Shown: positions 40,794-49,864, counted from the first letter of the stretch. The stretch is DNA of 64,000 nt from Acidobacteriota bacterium (GCA_036507075.1 DASXQR010000221.1:1-64000); one strand, 5' to 3'. Numbers and translations: made by a program. Notes: generated by a model not told the origin, from the letters alone.

Positions 40794-42104
40794 TCACTGC
40801 TGGGGCGTGGTCACTTGCCCGAGAGACTGGACAGCCTGGAAAAGATCGAGTCGGCCCTGTCCTAAGTCTTGAGAAATCCACTTGGCATGGGCAATTGCGC
40901 CTGCCGCCTGTGAAGGACTGCAGTCGGGTTGAAGGTCTAAGAGCAGCGCTACAGCTCCGGCGACGAACGGGGCGCTGAACGACGTCCCCCAGGCAGCGGC
41001 ATACTTGCCGTACGGATAAGTCGTCACTATGCCTTCGCCTGGCGCCGCCACCCATACAAACCCGTAATTGGAGAATAATGACCGTTGATCAAGGTTGTCT
41101 GTGGAGGCAACACATATCACATTATTGAGCGCTCCAGGGTAGACAGGCGTGCTGCTTCCATTGTTTCCTGCCGATGCGACCGGGATGACTCCTCTGGCGG
41201 CCGCATAATCAATCGCTTCCTGCAGCTCGCTGGAGTAGGTCGAAAAACCGAAGCTCATGTTCAGAATCTTCGCGTTCTTTTGCACGCTCCTGTAGATGGC
41301 TCGAAGCACATCGGACATGTAACCCATTCCGCTGGCCTGGAAGGCCTTCATCGGCATAATCATGGCTCTGGGCGCAACCAGATGGATGACCCCTGCCACC
41401 ATGGTCCCATGGCCGAATGCGGCATACTGCAGGCTATTTAACTCGCCAGCGGCGATCTCGTCGACCAAGGCTGCCGTTGATTGATTGACCCAGGCTGGGT
41501 CGAATTCAGACTGATCGTCTACAAGGGCCGCCGTAGACTGGTCCAGATCTCCCCTTTCTGAACCCGTCTCATCCAGATCGCGCGTGAAGTCGTACCCCTT
41601 AACTAGAAAATTCATCAACACCGGATGATTGGGGTCTACTCCCGTGTCGATCACCGCGACAATGCCGGACCCTCTTACGTTGAAGGCATTCTGAGTGTCT
41701 GAAATCCTTACGATCGCGTTGGCCGGCTGCTCGACATAGCCGCGGCGCACTCTCTGGCCGAAAAAGTCGACGGGCCAGGCGTCGGTCAGGGCTGGAGGAA
41801 TGGCGTAGGCAGGGGTTGCCAGTGCTATTGCCAGAATATCCAGCTCGGCGTTGGAAACGCCGGGCTGGGCCCGCAAAGTCGCGAGGAACGCATCCGGATC
41901 GACCAGGTCTGAAGTAGATACAAGGAAAACCTGGCCAAGGGACTCATCCAGTCCACGCTGTACGTTGCATCCGATCACAGCGCAGATTGTTTGCAGCGGC
42001 CCGTTTCCACCCGGCACGCGCGCAATAAATCGTTTCTCGGCGGAAACGAGACTCGACGAGAGGAGCCAAAAAAGAAAGACACTGCAGCTAAGCCTGCGAT
42101 TCAC
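40794..42104 (-). CDS. Secreted subtilisin-like S8 serine protease with an internal repeated octapeptide
   Basis: GTG start at 42104 (AAGGAGA RBS) gives a signal peptide. Triad IDTG / HGT / GTSFSAP, oxyanion AGN; QSTAALVD twice between the catalytic Asp and His. Confidence 0.9.
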   Translation of the reverse strand: MNRRLSCSVFLFWLLSSSLVSAEKRFIARVPGGNGPLQTICAVIGCNVQRGLDESLGQVFLVSTSDLVDPDAFLATLRAQPGVSNAELDILAIALATPAYAIPPALTDAWPVDFFGQRVRRGYVEQPANAIVRISDTQNAFNVRGSGIVAVIDTGVDPNHPVLMNFLVKGYDFTRDLDETGSERGDLDQSTAALVDDQSEFDPAWVNQSTAALVDEIAAGELNSLQYAAFGHGTMVAGVIHLVAPRAMIMPMKAFQASGMGYMSDVLRAIYRSVQKNAKILNMSFGFSTYSSELQEAIDYAAARGVIPVASAGNNGSSTPVYPGALNNVICVASTDNLDQRSLFSNYGFVWVAAPGEGIVTTYPYGKYAAAWGTSFSAPFVAGAVALLLDLQPDCSPSQAAGAIAHAKWISQDLGQGRLDLFQAVQSLGQVTTPQQ

Positions 42105-42407
42105 TGCCTGTAATCTCCTTGCTTGTACGCGGGAAAACGAGTCAGGCCGGAACTTTTGCTCAGCCGCCCCCCACGGACTTGACCTTGCCAATTATCTAAG
42201 TATCGAAACTTCCTTCTGTCAATAGCGGACTCAACCGGAATTTCAACGTGGTGAAAACCGTAGCCTTTTACTTTCTAAACGCGGGGGTAAAAACTATGTA
42301 TTGCAATCAACCAAAACAGCAAAAACTTTCCCCCCAAACTAAAAATAGCGTGAATCGAAGCCGTGTCAAGCCATCACTCCCAAAAAATCAACAATCTTGA
42401 ATTCTAA

Positions 42408-42442
42408 GTTCGTGTAATTCGTGGAATTCGTGTAGTTCGTGC
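42408..42442. repeat. Short 9-mer tandem repeat (TTCGTGTAA-like)
   Basis: ttcgtgtaa ttcgtggaa ttcgtgtag ttcgtgc, immediately after the pntB stop. Confidence 0.6.
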
Positions 42443-44251
42443 TCAGGACTTAAGGGCGGTGAACAGTTTGGTGAGGCTGTCTTTGGCGTCGCCGAAAAGC
42501 ATCATGCATTTCGGATTGTAGTAAAGATCATTATCCACGCCGGCGAAACCGGGGCGCATGCTGCGCTTGAGGACAATGATCGACTTGGCGCGCTCCACTT
42601 CCAATATCGGCATTCCATAAAGGGGACTGCTCTTGTTGTTCTTGGCCGCCGGGTTGGTCACGTCGTTTGCCCCAACCACCAGCGCGATGTCCGCTTCGGC
42701 AAAATAGGGGTTGATGTGATCCATTTCGAACAACTGGTCGTAAGGAACGTTTGCCTCGGCAAGAAGGACATTCATGTGGCCCGGCATCCGGCCCGCAACC
42801 GGGTGGATGGCGTATTTTACGTCGATGCCGCGCTTCATCAGGATGTTCGCCAGCTCGCTGACACCATGTTGTGCCTGTGCAACGGCCATGCCGTAGCCCG
42901 GAACAATGATGACAGATCGGGCGCTGTCGAAAAGCACGCTCGCTTCATCAGGCACGATGCTTCGAACCGTTCCCTTTGCGTCCGACGCAGGTCCTTCGGT
43001 CTCTTGTTCGATCTTGCCGAATGCGCCGAACAGAACGTTCATCGCCGAACGGTTCATGGCCCGGCACATGAGCAAAGAAAGAAGGAATCCCGACGTGCCG
43101 TCCAGCGATCCGGTAATGATCTGGATTTTGTTCATCAGCACAAACCCCATTGCAGCGTCGGCCAGTCCCGCGTATGAATTCAGCAGAGATATCACTACCG
43201 GCATGTCGGCCGCCCCAATGGGAATCACCAGCAGGAATCCAAACAGCAGGGACAACCCGACCATGATGTAGAACACCATGCCGGCCGACGGCACAATGAT
43301 CAGGTAAATGAGGCTGCCCACAATAATTGCAAGCAAAACGATATTGGAAGCATTCTGCCCGCGGTACGTGATGGGAGCTCCAGGCAGAATTCCCTGGAGT
43401 TTTCCGGCTGCCATCAGGCTCCCGGTGAACGTCAGGCCACCGATAACGACCTCAAAACCTATGGCTGTCATCAGCACCCTGCCAAGTTCACCGCCATGTC
43501 GGAAATATTCGGAAACTCCAATCAAAGTGGCGGCCAGTGCCCCCAGCGAATGCGAAAGCGCGGTCCGCTGCGGCACGGCTGTCATCGGGATCCACATTCC
43601 CATGCTGCCGCCAAGGACCGAACCGATCGCCAAGCCTGAAAAGATCCACCGATACGTGACAATTTCGTGATGAAACAGTGTCCCTGTGACAGCTACGAGC
43701 ATGCCGAATTCGGCCAGGAACATGCCTTTGCGCGCATACTTAGGTGAACTCAGGCCTTTCAGACCCAGGATGAAAAGAACGGCCGACACAATATAGAAAA
43801 CGCTCAGCACGCTGGCCGGGTCAAAGCTGGTTGCATAGAGTCTCAGCTCTGCGAACCAATAAACAGCGGCGACAATCAATACGGCAGAAATCGACAGCAG
43901 CAATGTGCGAGGACTTAAACTAAGTGCTTTACGCTGCGTCCCCTGAGCAGCCGATACGGGTCCGTCGCTGGGGCGTTTCTTGAACATTTTCAACATGCGG
44001 TCGGTAATGAGAAATCCTCCGACCACATTGGTTGACGAGCAGGCCACCGCGATGAATCCGAATGTTGTGCTCAAGGTGCCATGAGCCGAACCGGCAACCA
44101 CCAGGGAACCGACCAGTGAAATACCGGACATGGCGTTGGTGGCCGACATCAACGGGGTGTGCAGCAGCGGCGGGACTCGTGAAATAACGTGATATCCGAG
44201 AAAGCCCGCAAGTATGAAGATATAGAGCCCAATTTCCAACTCGGTGGTCAA
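42443..44251 (-). CDS. pntB: NAD(P)+ transhydrogenase membrane subunit: alpha2 (PntAB) fused to beta (PntB)
   Basis: N-terminal VPPLLHTPLMSATNAMSG (alpha membrane part), then beta motifs HSLGALA, GAADMPVVISLLNSY, GYGMAVAQAQ, HPVAGRMPGHMNVLLAEA, GANDVTNP. Confidence 0.92.
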   Translation of the reverse strand: MTTELEIGLYIFILAGFLGYHVISRVPPLLHTPLMSATNAMSGISLVGSLVVAGSAHGTLSTTFGFIAVACSSTNVVGGFLITDRMLKMFKKRPSDGPVSAAQGTQRKALSLSPRTLLLSISAVLIVAAVYWFAELRLYATSFDPASVLSVFYIVSAVLFILGLKGLSSPKYARKGMFLAEFGMLVAVTGTLFHHEIVTYRWIFSGLAIGSVLGGSMGMWIPMTAVPQRTALSHSLGALAATLIGVSEYFRHGGELGRVLMTAIGFEVVIGGLTFTGSLMAAGKLQGILPGAPITYRGQNASNIVLLAIIVGSLIYLIIVPSAGMVFYIMVGLSLLFGFLLVIPIGAADMPVVISLLNSYAGLADAAMGFVLMNKIQIITGSLDGTSGFLLSLLMCRAMNRSAMNVLFGAFGKIEQETEGPASDAKGTVRSIVPDEASVLFDSARSVIIVPGYGMAVAQAQHGVSELANILMKRGIDVKYAIHPVAGRMPGHMNVLLAEANVPYDQLFEMDHINPYFAEADIALVVGANDVTNPAAKNNKSSPLYGMPILEVERAKSIIVLKRSMRPGFAGVDNDLYYNPKCMMLFGDAKDSLTKLFTALKS

Positions 44252-45384
44252 GCAGTCCCTCCCGCCGAGAGCGCCGACTTGATTGCTTCGTTGAGGATCT
44301 CTCCGCGATGGGTAACAAGCGGGCCCCGAGTCAGCTCATCTTCGAGGTCCAAGTGAACTGAGCCGTCCTGCAGAAGGTGCCCCAGGAAATTGGTGACGGT
44401 TTTTGCATACATCTGGCTGGCATGAAACGCCATCGTACTGGGAAGATTGGTAGTTCCTACAATGACGACGCCGTGCTTCACCACCTCGCTTCCCGGTTCG
44501 GTAAGCGCGCAGTTTCCCCCCTGTTCGGACGCCAGATCGACAATCACCGAACCCGGCCGCATGTTTTGCACCATCTCTTCGGTGATTAGAACGGGAGCCC
44601 GCTTGCCCGGGACGAGCGCCGTCGTTATTACGACGTCCGCAGCCGAGATGCACTTAAGCATCAGTTGCTGCTGCTTTCGGTAGAATTCTTCAGACTGGGC
44701 CTTGGCATACCCGGTTTTCTCCTGCGAATCTGTGGTTTCAAGGCTGATGGCCGCAAATTTTGCGCCCAGGCTTTCCACCTGTTCTTTGACCACAGGACGC
44801 GTGTCATATGCCTCAACGACGGCGCCCAATCTTTTGGCCGTGCCGATTGCCTGAAGTCCAGCCACCCCGGCGCCGATTACAAACACCCGCGCGGGCGTCA
44901 TCGTGCCGGCTGCTGTCATCAGGAGAGGGAAGAATTTCGGCAGGCGGCCGGCGGCGATCAGGACGGCCTTATAGCCGGAAACCGTGCTCATGGCGCTCAG
45001 AGCGTCCATTGGCTGCGCGCGCGTGATGCGCGGCATCAGTTCCATTGAAAAGGCCGTGACGTGTCGCGCCGCCAAGGCTTTGATTTCGGCTGTGCTGGTG
45101 TAAGGTTGAAGAAAACTCACCAGCAGCACGCCTTCACGTATCTTTCCGATTTCACCCTCTGTCGGCGGAAGGACTTTTATCAGGATGTCGGCCTTGTCGA
45201 AAACCTCAGGCTCCAGACGCGCGCCCTTTTCGGCGTAGCTTGAGTCCAAGAATCCGGCCGCCTCACCCGCACCGTGCTGCACAAGTACTTCCAGACCCGT
45301 CTTTGTAAGTGTGGGAACAAGGTCCGGAACCAGCGCCACGCGCCTTTCGCCGGAGACTGTCTCTTTAGGAACGCCGATGATCAT
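44248..45384 (-). CDS. pntA: NAD(P)+ transhydrogenase alpha1 (soluble domain I)
   Basis: MIIGVPKE..ERRVALVP, PRITRAQ, GAGVAGL, GYAK, DLASEQGGNC; no TM part. Start refined to 45384. Confidence 0.92.
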   Translation of the reverse strand: MIIGVPKETVSGERRVALVPDLVPTLTKTGLEVLVQHGAGEAAGFLDSSYAEKGARLEPEVFDKADILIKVLPPTEGEIGKIREGVLLVSFLQPYTSTAEIKALAARHVTAFSMELMPRITRAQPMDALSAMSTVSGYKAVLIAAGRLPKFFPLLMTAAGTMTPARVFVIGAGVAGLQAIGTAKRLGAVVEAYDTRPVVKEQVESLGAKFAAISLETTDSQEKTGYAKAQSEEFYRKQQQLMLKCISAADVVITTALVPGKRAPVLITEEMVQNMRPGSVIVDLASEQGGNCALTEPGSEVVKHGVVIVGTTNLPSTMAFHASQMYAKTVTNFLGHLLQDGSVHLDLEDELTRGPLVTHRGEILNEAIKSALSAGGTA

Positions 45385-45409
45385 TCCGTGTCCTCTGCGC
45401 AACCTGTGG

Positions 45410-45513
45410 GCGATTTCTTATTTTCTAGCAAGATTCTTTAACTAATGACCAATGACTAATGACCGATGACGCGTTTGGTTGCGGCTCTGCCGGGCTGTGC
45501 CTCTGTGGTGAAA
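45410..45513. repeat. Interspersed modular repeat, copy 1
   Basis: tagcaagattctttaactaatgaccaatgactaatgaccgatgac..tttggttgc..gctgtg..tgtggtga, near-identical to 50008-50112. Confidence 0.8.
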
Positions 45514-45674
45514 AGTTCTTACCCGCGCCCAGAGATTCTACGCCACGTTTTTATAACAGCAAATGTCTGATCGAGTCCAACCTTGTGTCCTTCGTGCCTT
45601 TGTGGTTAATTGTTAAACACAAAATCTTCACCACAAAGGCACAAAGGCCACAAAGCCCTCGCTTCCGGTCCGTC

Positions 45675-47198
45675 ATGAAAAAGCTGCGAGTCGTCATACT
45701 CAAGCCAAGCAAGTATGGCCCCAATGGTCACGTTGAAAGATTTCGTTGGGGCTTTATGCCCAACAGCACCGTTCCATACTTGAGAAGCATGACACCGCGC
45801 GTGGTGGAAGGACATACGGTCGAGACCTTTGCGATCGACGAGTATGTGCAGAGCGATCTCGATTATCTGAAGCTGCTTCACACCAAGGATCCCACGCTGC
45901 TGGCAATCGTGGGGGTTCAGTCGCATCAGCTCCACCGCAGCCTTGACCTGGCCGCCTACGCGCGCCGCCACGGCATTCGGAACTGCATCATCGGCGGACC
46001 GCACTGCATGACCTGCGACACGGCGCCTCTGCAAAATCGCGGAGTGAGCTTTTCACTGGCGGAGGCGGAAATGGTATGGCCCGCGATTTTGAGCGATGCG
46101 GCCAACGATCGACTGCAGCCCGTCTATGGAGAGGGTCAACGCTGGCAGCAGCAGCTCGACTCGCCGGTGCTGACGCCTCCCTCCGGCAGGGACTTGCGGC
46201 GGTACATTGTGCCCATGCTGGGGGTTTATCCGGCGCGCGGCTGCCCGTTCAATTGCAACTTCTGTTCGGTAATAAAGATCGCCGGACGGAAGATTCGCAG
46301 CCAGCCGCTGGAAATAACTCTGGCGAGTTTAAGGGCGGCCCGGGCCGCCGGGATTCGCCTGATCATGTTCGTATCAGACAATTTCAACAAGTACCAGGAG
46401 GCAGCGGAGCTGCTTCAGGCCATGATCGACGAGCGCATCCGGATTCCATTTTTCGTCCAGTGCGACACGCAGATTGCGCATCAGCCGGAATTGGTCGACC
46501 TGCTCGCGCGGGCAGGGTGTTTCCAGATCTTTCTCGGGGTTGAATCGTTCAATCGCAAGACTTTGCGGGACGCAAAGAAGTACCAGAATCATCCCGAGGA
46601 TTACACGATGATCGTCGCGCTGTGCCGCAGCCGGGGAATCGGCATTCACTTCTCGAACATCATCGGGTTTCCGGATGATACCGGGGAAAGCGTGCTTGAA
46701 CACCTGCACGCGGTCCAGGCCATGGCTCCAGACGTGGCCTCTTTCTATATCCTCACGCCCATCCCCGGAACAGAACAGTACGACGACTTCCTGGCGGCGG
46801 ATTTAATTACAGAGACGAACCTCGATCGATATGACGGAAGTTGTCCTACCTGGCGGCACCCGCATCTGCGGCCCGAGGAATTGCGGAAGTTGCTGTTCTA
46901 CTGTTACCGGAAGTTTTACTCCACATCCCACGTGATTAGAAGGAGCCTGGAGCGCTTTTACAGGAAAGCTGATCCTTTCGAGCTGCTTATTACCTCCGGT
47001 TGCTCTTTCTTCTCACGCCTCTCTGCGTTCAAGCAGGTGCATCCGATGTCGGGCGGAATCGCGCGCCTGCACCTGGACGGCGTCCTCGATTACATTGACC
47101 TGCGCCGGGAACTCTTCGGCTTTACCCACGCTCCCTTGCCTAAGAGCCTGCGGCTCAGCCCGGCCGATGAATCGCTGAACCGCCTCGCCAAACTGTGA
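45675..47198 (+). CDS. B12-binding-domain radical SAM protein
   Basis: IIGGPH, RGCPFNCNFC, SDNF, GVES, IIGFP, TPIPGT. Start refined to ATG 45675; the upstream ORF extension is repeat-derived. Confidence 0.85.
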   Translation: MKKLRVVILKPSKYGPNGHVERFRWGFMPNSTVPYLRSMTPRVVEGHTVETFAIDEYVQSDLDYLKLLHTKDPTLLAIVGVQSHQLHRSLDLAAYARRHGIRNCIIGGPHCMTCDTAPLQNRGVSFSLAEAEMVWPAILSDAANDRLQPVYGEGQRWQQQLDSPVLTPPSGRDLRRYIVPMLGVYPARGCPFNCNFCSVIKIAGRKIRSQPLEITLASLRAARAAGIRLIMFVSDNFNKYQEAAELLQAMIDERIRIPFFVQCDTQIAHQPELVDLLARAGCFQIFLGVESFNRKTLRDAKKYQNHPEDYTMIVALCRSRGIGIHFSNIIGFPDDTGESVLEHLHAVQAMAPDVASFYILTPIPGTEQYDDFLAADLITETNLDRYDGSCPTWRHPHLRPEELRKLLFYCYRKFYSTSHVIRRSLERFYRKADPFELLITSGCSFFSRLSAFKQVHPMSGGIARLHLDGVLDYIDLRRELFGFTHAPLPKSLRLSPADESLNRLAKL

Positions 47199-47215
47199 GC
47201 CTGTCCAAGTCTGCG

Positions 47216-47355
47216 ATCCGCGATCCCCGCTAGAATCCGCGGCCGACCTTCAATCCCCGATCCCCGCGAAAATCCGCGGCCGACCTTCAATCCGCGATCC
47301 CCGCGAAAATCCGCGGCTGACCTTCAATCCGTGATCTCCGCGAAAATCCGCGGCC
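47216..47355. repeat. 37-bp tandem repeat (about 3.8 units) between convergent genes
   Basis: Unit atccgcgatccccgcgaaaatccgcggccgaccttca at 47216, 47253, 47290 and a partial unit at 47327; no spacers. Confidence 0.85.
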
Positions 47356-47359
47356 CAAT

Positions 47360-48481
47360 TCAGATCAGCGGAGCCTCATGCGCATGCAGGAACCACCGGT
47401 CCAGCAGCACACTTCGCGAAAATGAGCGTGACTTCAGCAGCATCCTTCCCAGCGAGCAGATCATGCCAGGAGGAAACAGTCCCGTAATCGTCGCCAGCCC
47501 ACCCTCCTTTACCTGCCCGAAGCGGCGCACCAGAGCCCGGCGGTAGCTTTCCAGATTATCGGCAGTATATCTGCCGTTTGCATTCAGCAACGCATCGGCT
47601 GCCATCAGCCCGGACTCAATCGCAGGACGAATTCCTTCTCCGCTGAGCGGATAGGCCAGGCCCGCCGCATCGCCCGTCAGAAGGACGCCGTCATCAATCA
47701 GCCGGCGCGGTGTGACTCCGTAGAGCAGGTAGGCATGGCCTTTAAGCTTGCGGACGCGCTCGGCCGGAATTCTTCTTTCAGTGGTGAGAAACTCGCAGAA
47801 ACGCTCCACCTGCGAATTAAGGCCGTCGTTGCCCATGCGGCCCAAACCGATGTTGAGAAAATTGCCCTTTCGAAAACACCAGCCATAACCTTTAAGATCC
47901 GAACAAAAATACAGTTCGGGGATTTCGCCTGATACAGCGCACCCGGCCCGGAGGTTTTCGTCGATTTCAAATTCAACTTCCTGGGCGGCCACAACTCTTT
48001 CCCGCTTCAAAACGGCTCCCAGAAATCTTGCCACCGGACAGAAATGCCCACCGGCGCCGACTACTACGGAGGCAGTAAACTCTTCATTTACTACCCATTC
48101 ATGTCCGGAACGCCGCATTTGCCTGAAGGGCGTGCTCTGCTGAAGTTTTGCGCCGCACCGGCGGAGCAGATAGTAATCGAACTCGCACCGCCTGACGCCG
48201 TAGCTAACCGGGCGGCAGTACCTGGTAACTGTCTGGATGCCGCCCATTACGCCGGTGAGGAAGCCGGTAATGGGCTGCAGGACATTTCGGGCTGCGTAAT
48301 CCTCGGTCTGGATCTGCAATTCTTCAAGCACTGCAGGCGTGATCCAGCCTCCGCACACCTTATTGCGTGGAAATGTATGCTGGTCGAGAACCAATACTTT
48401 CAATCCGGCCTTCGACAGCTTCCAGGCGCAGGAAGATCCGGCTGGGCCTCCGCCTGCGATCAAGACATCACATTTCTGCAT
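47360..48481 (-). CDS. Geranylgeranyl-reductase-family FAD oxidoreductase
   Basis: DVLIAGGGPAGSS, FPRNKVCGG, GYGWCF, GDAAGLAYPLSGEGI. Start refined to ATG 48481. Confidence 0.85.
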   Translation of the reverse strand: MQKCDVLIAGGGPAGSSCAWKLSKAGLKVLVLDQHTFPRNKVCGGWITPAVLEELQIQTEDYAARNVLQPITGFLTGVMGGIQTVTRYCRPVSYGVRRCEFDYYLLRRCGAKLQQSTPFRQMRRSGHEWVVNEEFTASVVVGAGGHFCPVARFLGAVLKRERVVAAQEVEFEIDENLRAGCAVSGEIPELYFCSDLKGYGWCFRKGNFLNIGLGRMGNDGLNSQVERFCEFLTTERRIPAERVRKLKGHAYLLYGVTPRRLIDDGVLLTGDAAGLAYPLSGEGIRPAIESGLMAADALLNANGRYTADNLESYRRALVRRFGQVKEGGLATITGLFPPGMICSLGRMLLKSRSFSRSVLLDRWFLHAHEAPLI

Positions 48482-49760
48482 GTACGGAAGGGTTGGGCAG
48501 AGCAGCACCTGCAGGCTGCAGGTCGTTACTCGCGTACAGATACGCCCGCGTCCATGGAATCTGATTGTTAGCGGCGCGGGTGAAGGTAACCTGGAAAAGT
48601 TGGAGATAACCGGAGAGAAACGAAGCCACTGAGCTGGCAAGGTAGAGCCGCCAGGCACGAACAAAACTCCGGCCAAACATCTGTTGTACGATATCAGCCG
48701 AATTCTCAAATCGATCCAGCCAATGTTGCAGAGTTTTAGCGTAATGCAGGCGCAGATTTTCGAGATCTAAAACCGACAGATCCTGACTCTCAAATATCTT
48801 CATTGCCTGCCGGATACTGGGAGGGTAAGCACCCGGGAAAATTCGCCGCAGTATCCATGGATTCAGTGCCATCTGGCGGTTGCGTCCGATAAAATGCAGC
48901 AGGCCGCGTCCCTGATCCGTCAAGCTGCGATCGATTACACTGGCCAGCTGGGCATAATTTCCCAATCCGACATGCTCGAGCATTCCAATCGAAACAAAGA
49001 CATCGAAGCGGCCTGATATGTTTCGATAGTCGTCCTCGATAAACTCAACTCTGCCTTGCAATCCTTCTTCACGCGCCCTCTGGCGGGCGTAAAGAATTTG
49101 CTCGCGGGAGATGTTGAAAGCCTTCACCGTCGCCCCGTAATGCCGGGCCATGTGGAGCGCCAGCGCTCCCCATCCGCAGCCTGCGTCGACCACGCTCTCT
49201 CCCGGCTGCAACCGGACCTTGCGGCAGACCAAATCCATCTTTTCAACCTGCGCCTTCTCCAGATCGTCTTCGGGCGAAGGAAAGTAGGCGCATGTATAGA
49301 CCAGGTTTGAGTCAAGCCACAGTTTGTAGAAGCTGTTGCCGATATCGTAATGTCTGTGAATGTTTCGCCGGGAACGTTCGGTGGTGTTTTTGCGGCGCCC
49401 GAACATCGAGCCGCCGGCGGCACCGTAGCGCAAGAATCTGTTCCACCAGCGCAACGTCGACTCTTGTCTCGAAGCACGCGGAAAGCGCGGCAGGTTCTGG
49501 TAGACGGTTTCGATCAACTGAACGAGATCACCCTGCACTTCTATTCGTCCCGTCTCATATCCCTCTCCAAAATAAAGTTCGGGATGCCAAAGGAACTTGA
49601 GCATAATGGCGCGGTCCCGGAAAACAATCCCGGCAACGGTGCGGTTGCCCGGGCGCGCGATTTGCTCGCCATTCCATAAAGTAAAATGGATTGGAGGATT
49701 GCCCACCCTTCTGAGCACCTCCGATAGGAGCCGCCTTTCAACAGCCGAAATTCCGCTCAT
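48468..49760 (-). CDS. Cyclopropane-fatty-acyl-phospholipid synthase family methyltransferase
   Basis: NIHRHYDIGNSFY, YTCAYF, DAGCGWG, SIGMLEHVG, IFPG, HYAKTL. Start refined to ATG 49760. Confidence 0.88.
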   Translation of the reverse strand: MSGISAVERRLLSEVLRRVGNPPIHFTLWNGEQIARPGNRTVAGIVFRDRAIMLKFLWHPELYFGEGYETGRIEVQGDLVQLIETVYQNLPRFPRASRQESTLRWWNRFLRYGAAGGSMFGRRKNTTERSRRNIHRHYDIGNSFYKLWLDSNLVYTCAYFPSPEDDLEKAQVEKMDLVCRKVRLQPGESVVDAGCGWGALALHMARHYGATVKAFNISREQILYARQRAREEGLQGRVEFIEDDYRNISGRFDVFVSIGMLEHVGLGNYAQLASVIDRSLTDQGRGLLHFIGRNRQMALNPWILRRIFPGAYPPSIRQAMKIFESQDLSVLDLENLRLHYAKTLQHWLDRFENSADIVQQMFGRSFVRAWRLYLASSVASFLSGYLQLFQVTFTRAANNQIPWTRAYLYASNDLQPAGAALPNPSVHAEM

Positions 49761-49807
49761 GCCGCCATCCCTCTCGGTTGTCTGCAAGTTTAGATGATTC
49801 AGCTTTC

Positions 49808-49864
49808 GGTCATCGGTCATTGGTCATTGGTCATCGGTCATTGGTCATCGGTCATCGGCTATTG
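49808..49864. repeat. Heptamer tandem repeat (GGTCATC/GGTCATT)
   Basis: About 8 units; the reverse complement of the TAATGAC/CAATGAC units at 45443 and 50043. Confidence 0.8.

Noticed and set aside
42192..42223. Sigma-70 promoter for the S8 operon (minus-strand TTGACA)
   Set aside because: The -35 is perfect but there is no convincing -10 at 16-18 bp spacing; left uncalled.
45459..45674. N-terminal extension MTDDAFGC.. of the radical SAM (likewise ORF 50059..50544 and MTDDRK.. of the Cfa-like gene)
   Set aside because: These are translations of intergenic repeat DNA (ATGACCGATGAC units).
47216..47355. CRISPR array
   Set aside because: The units are contiguous with no unique spacers, and there are no cas genes in the window.
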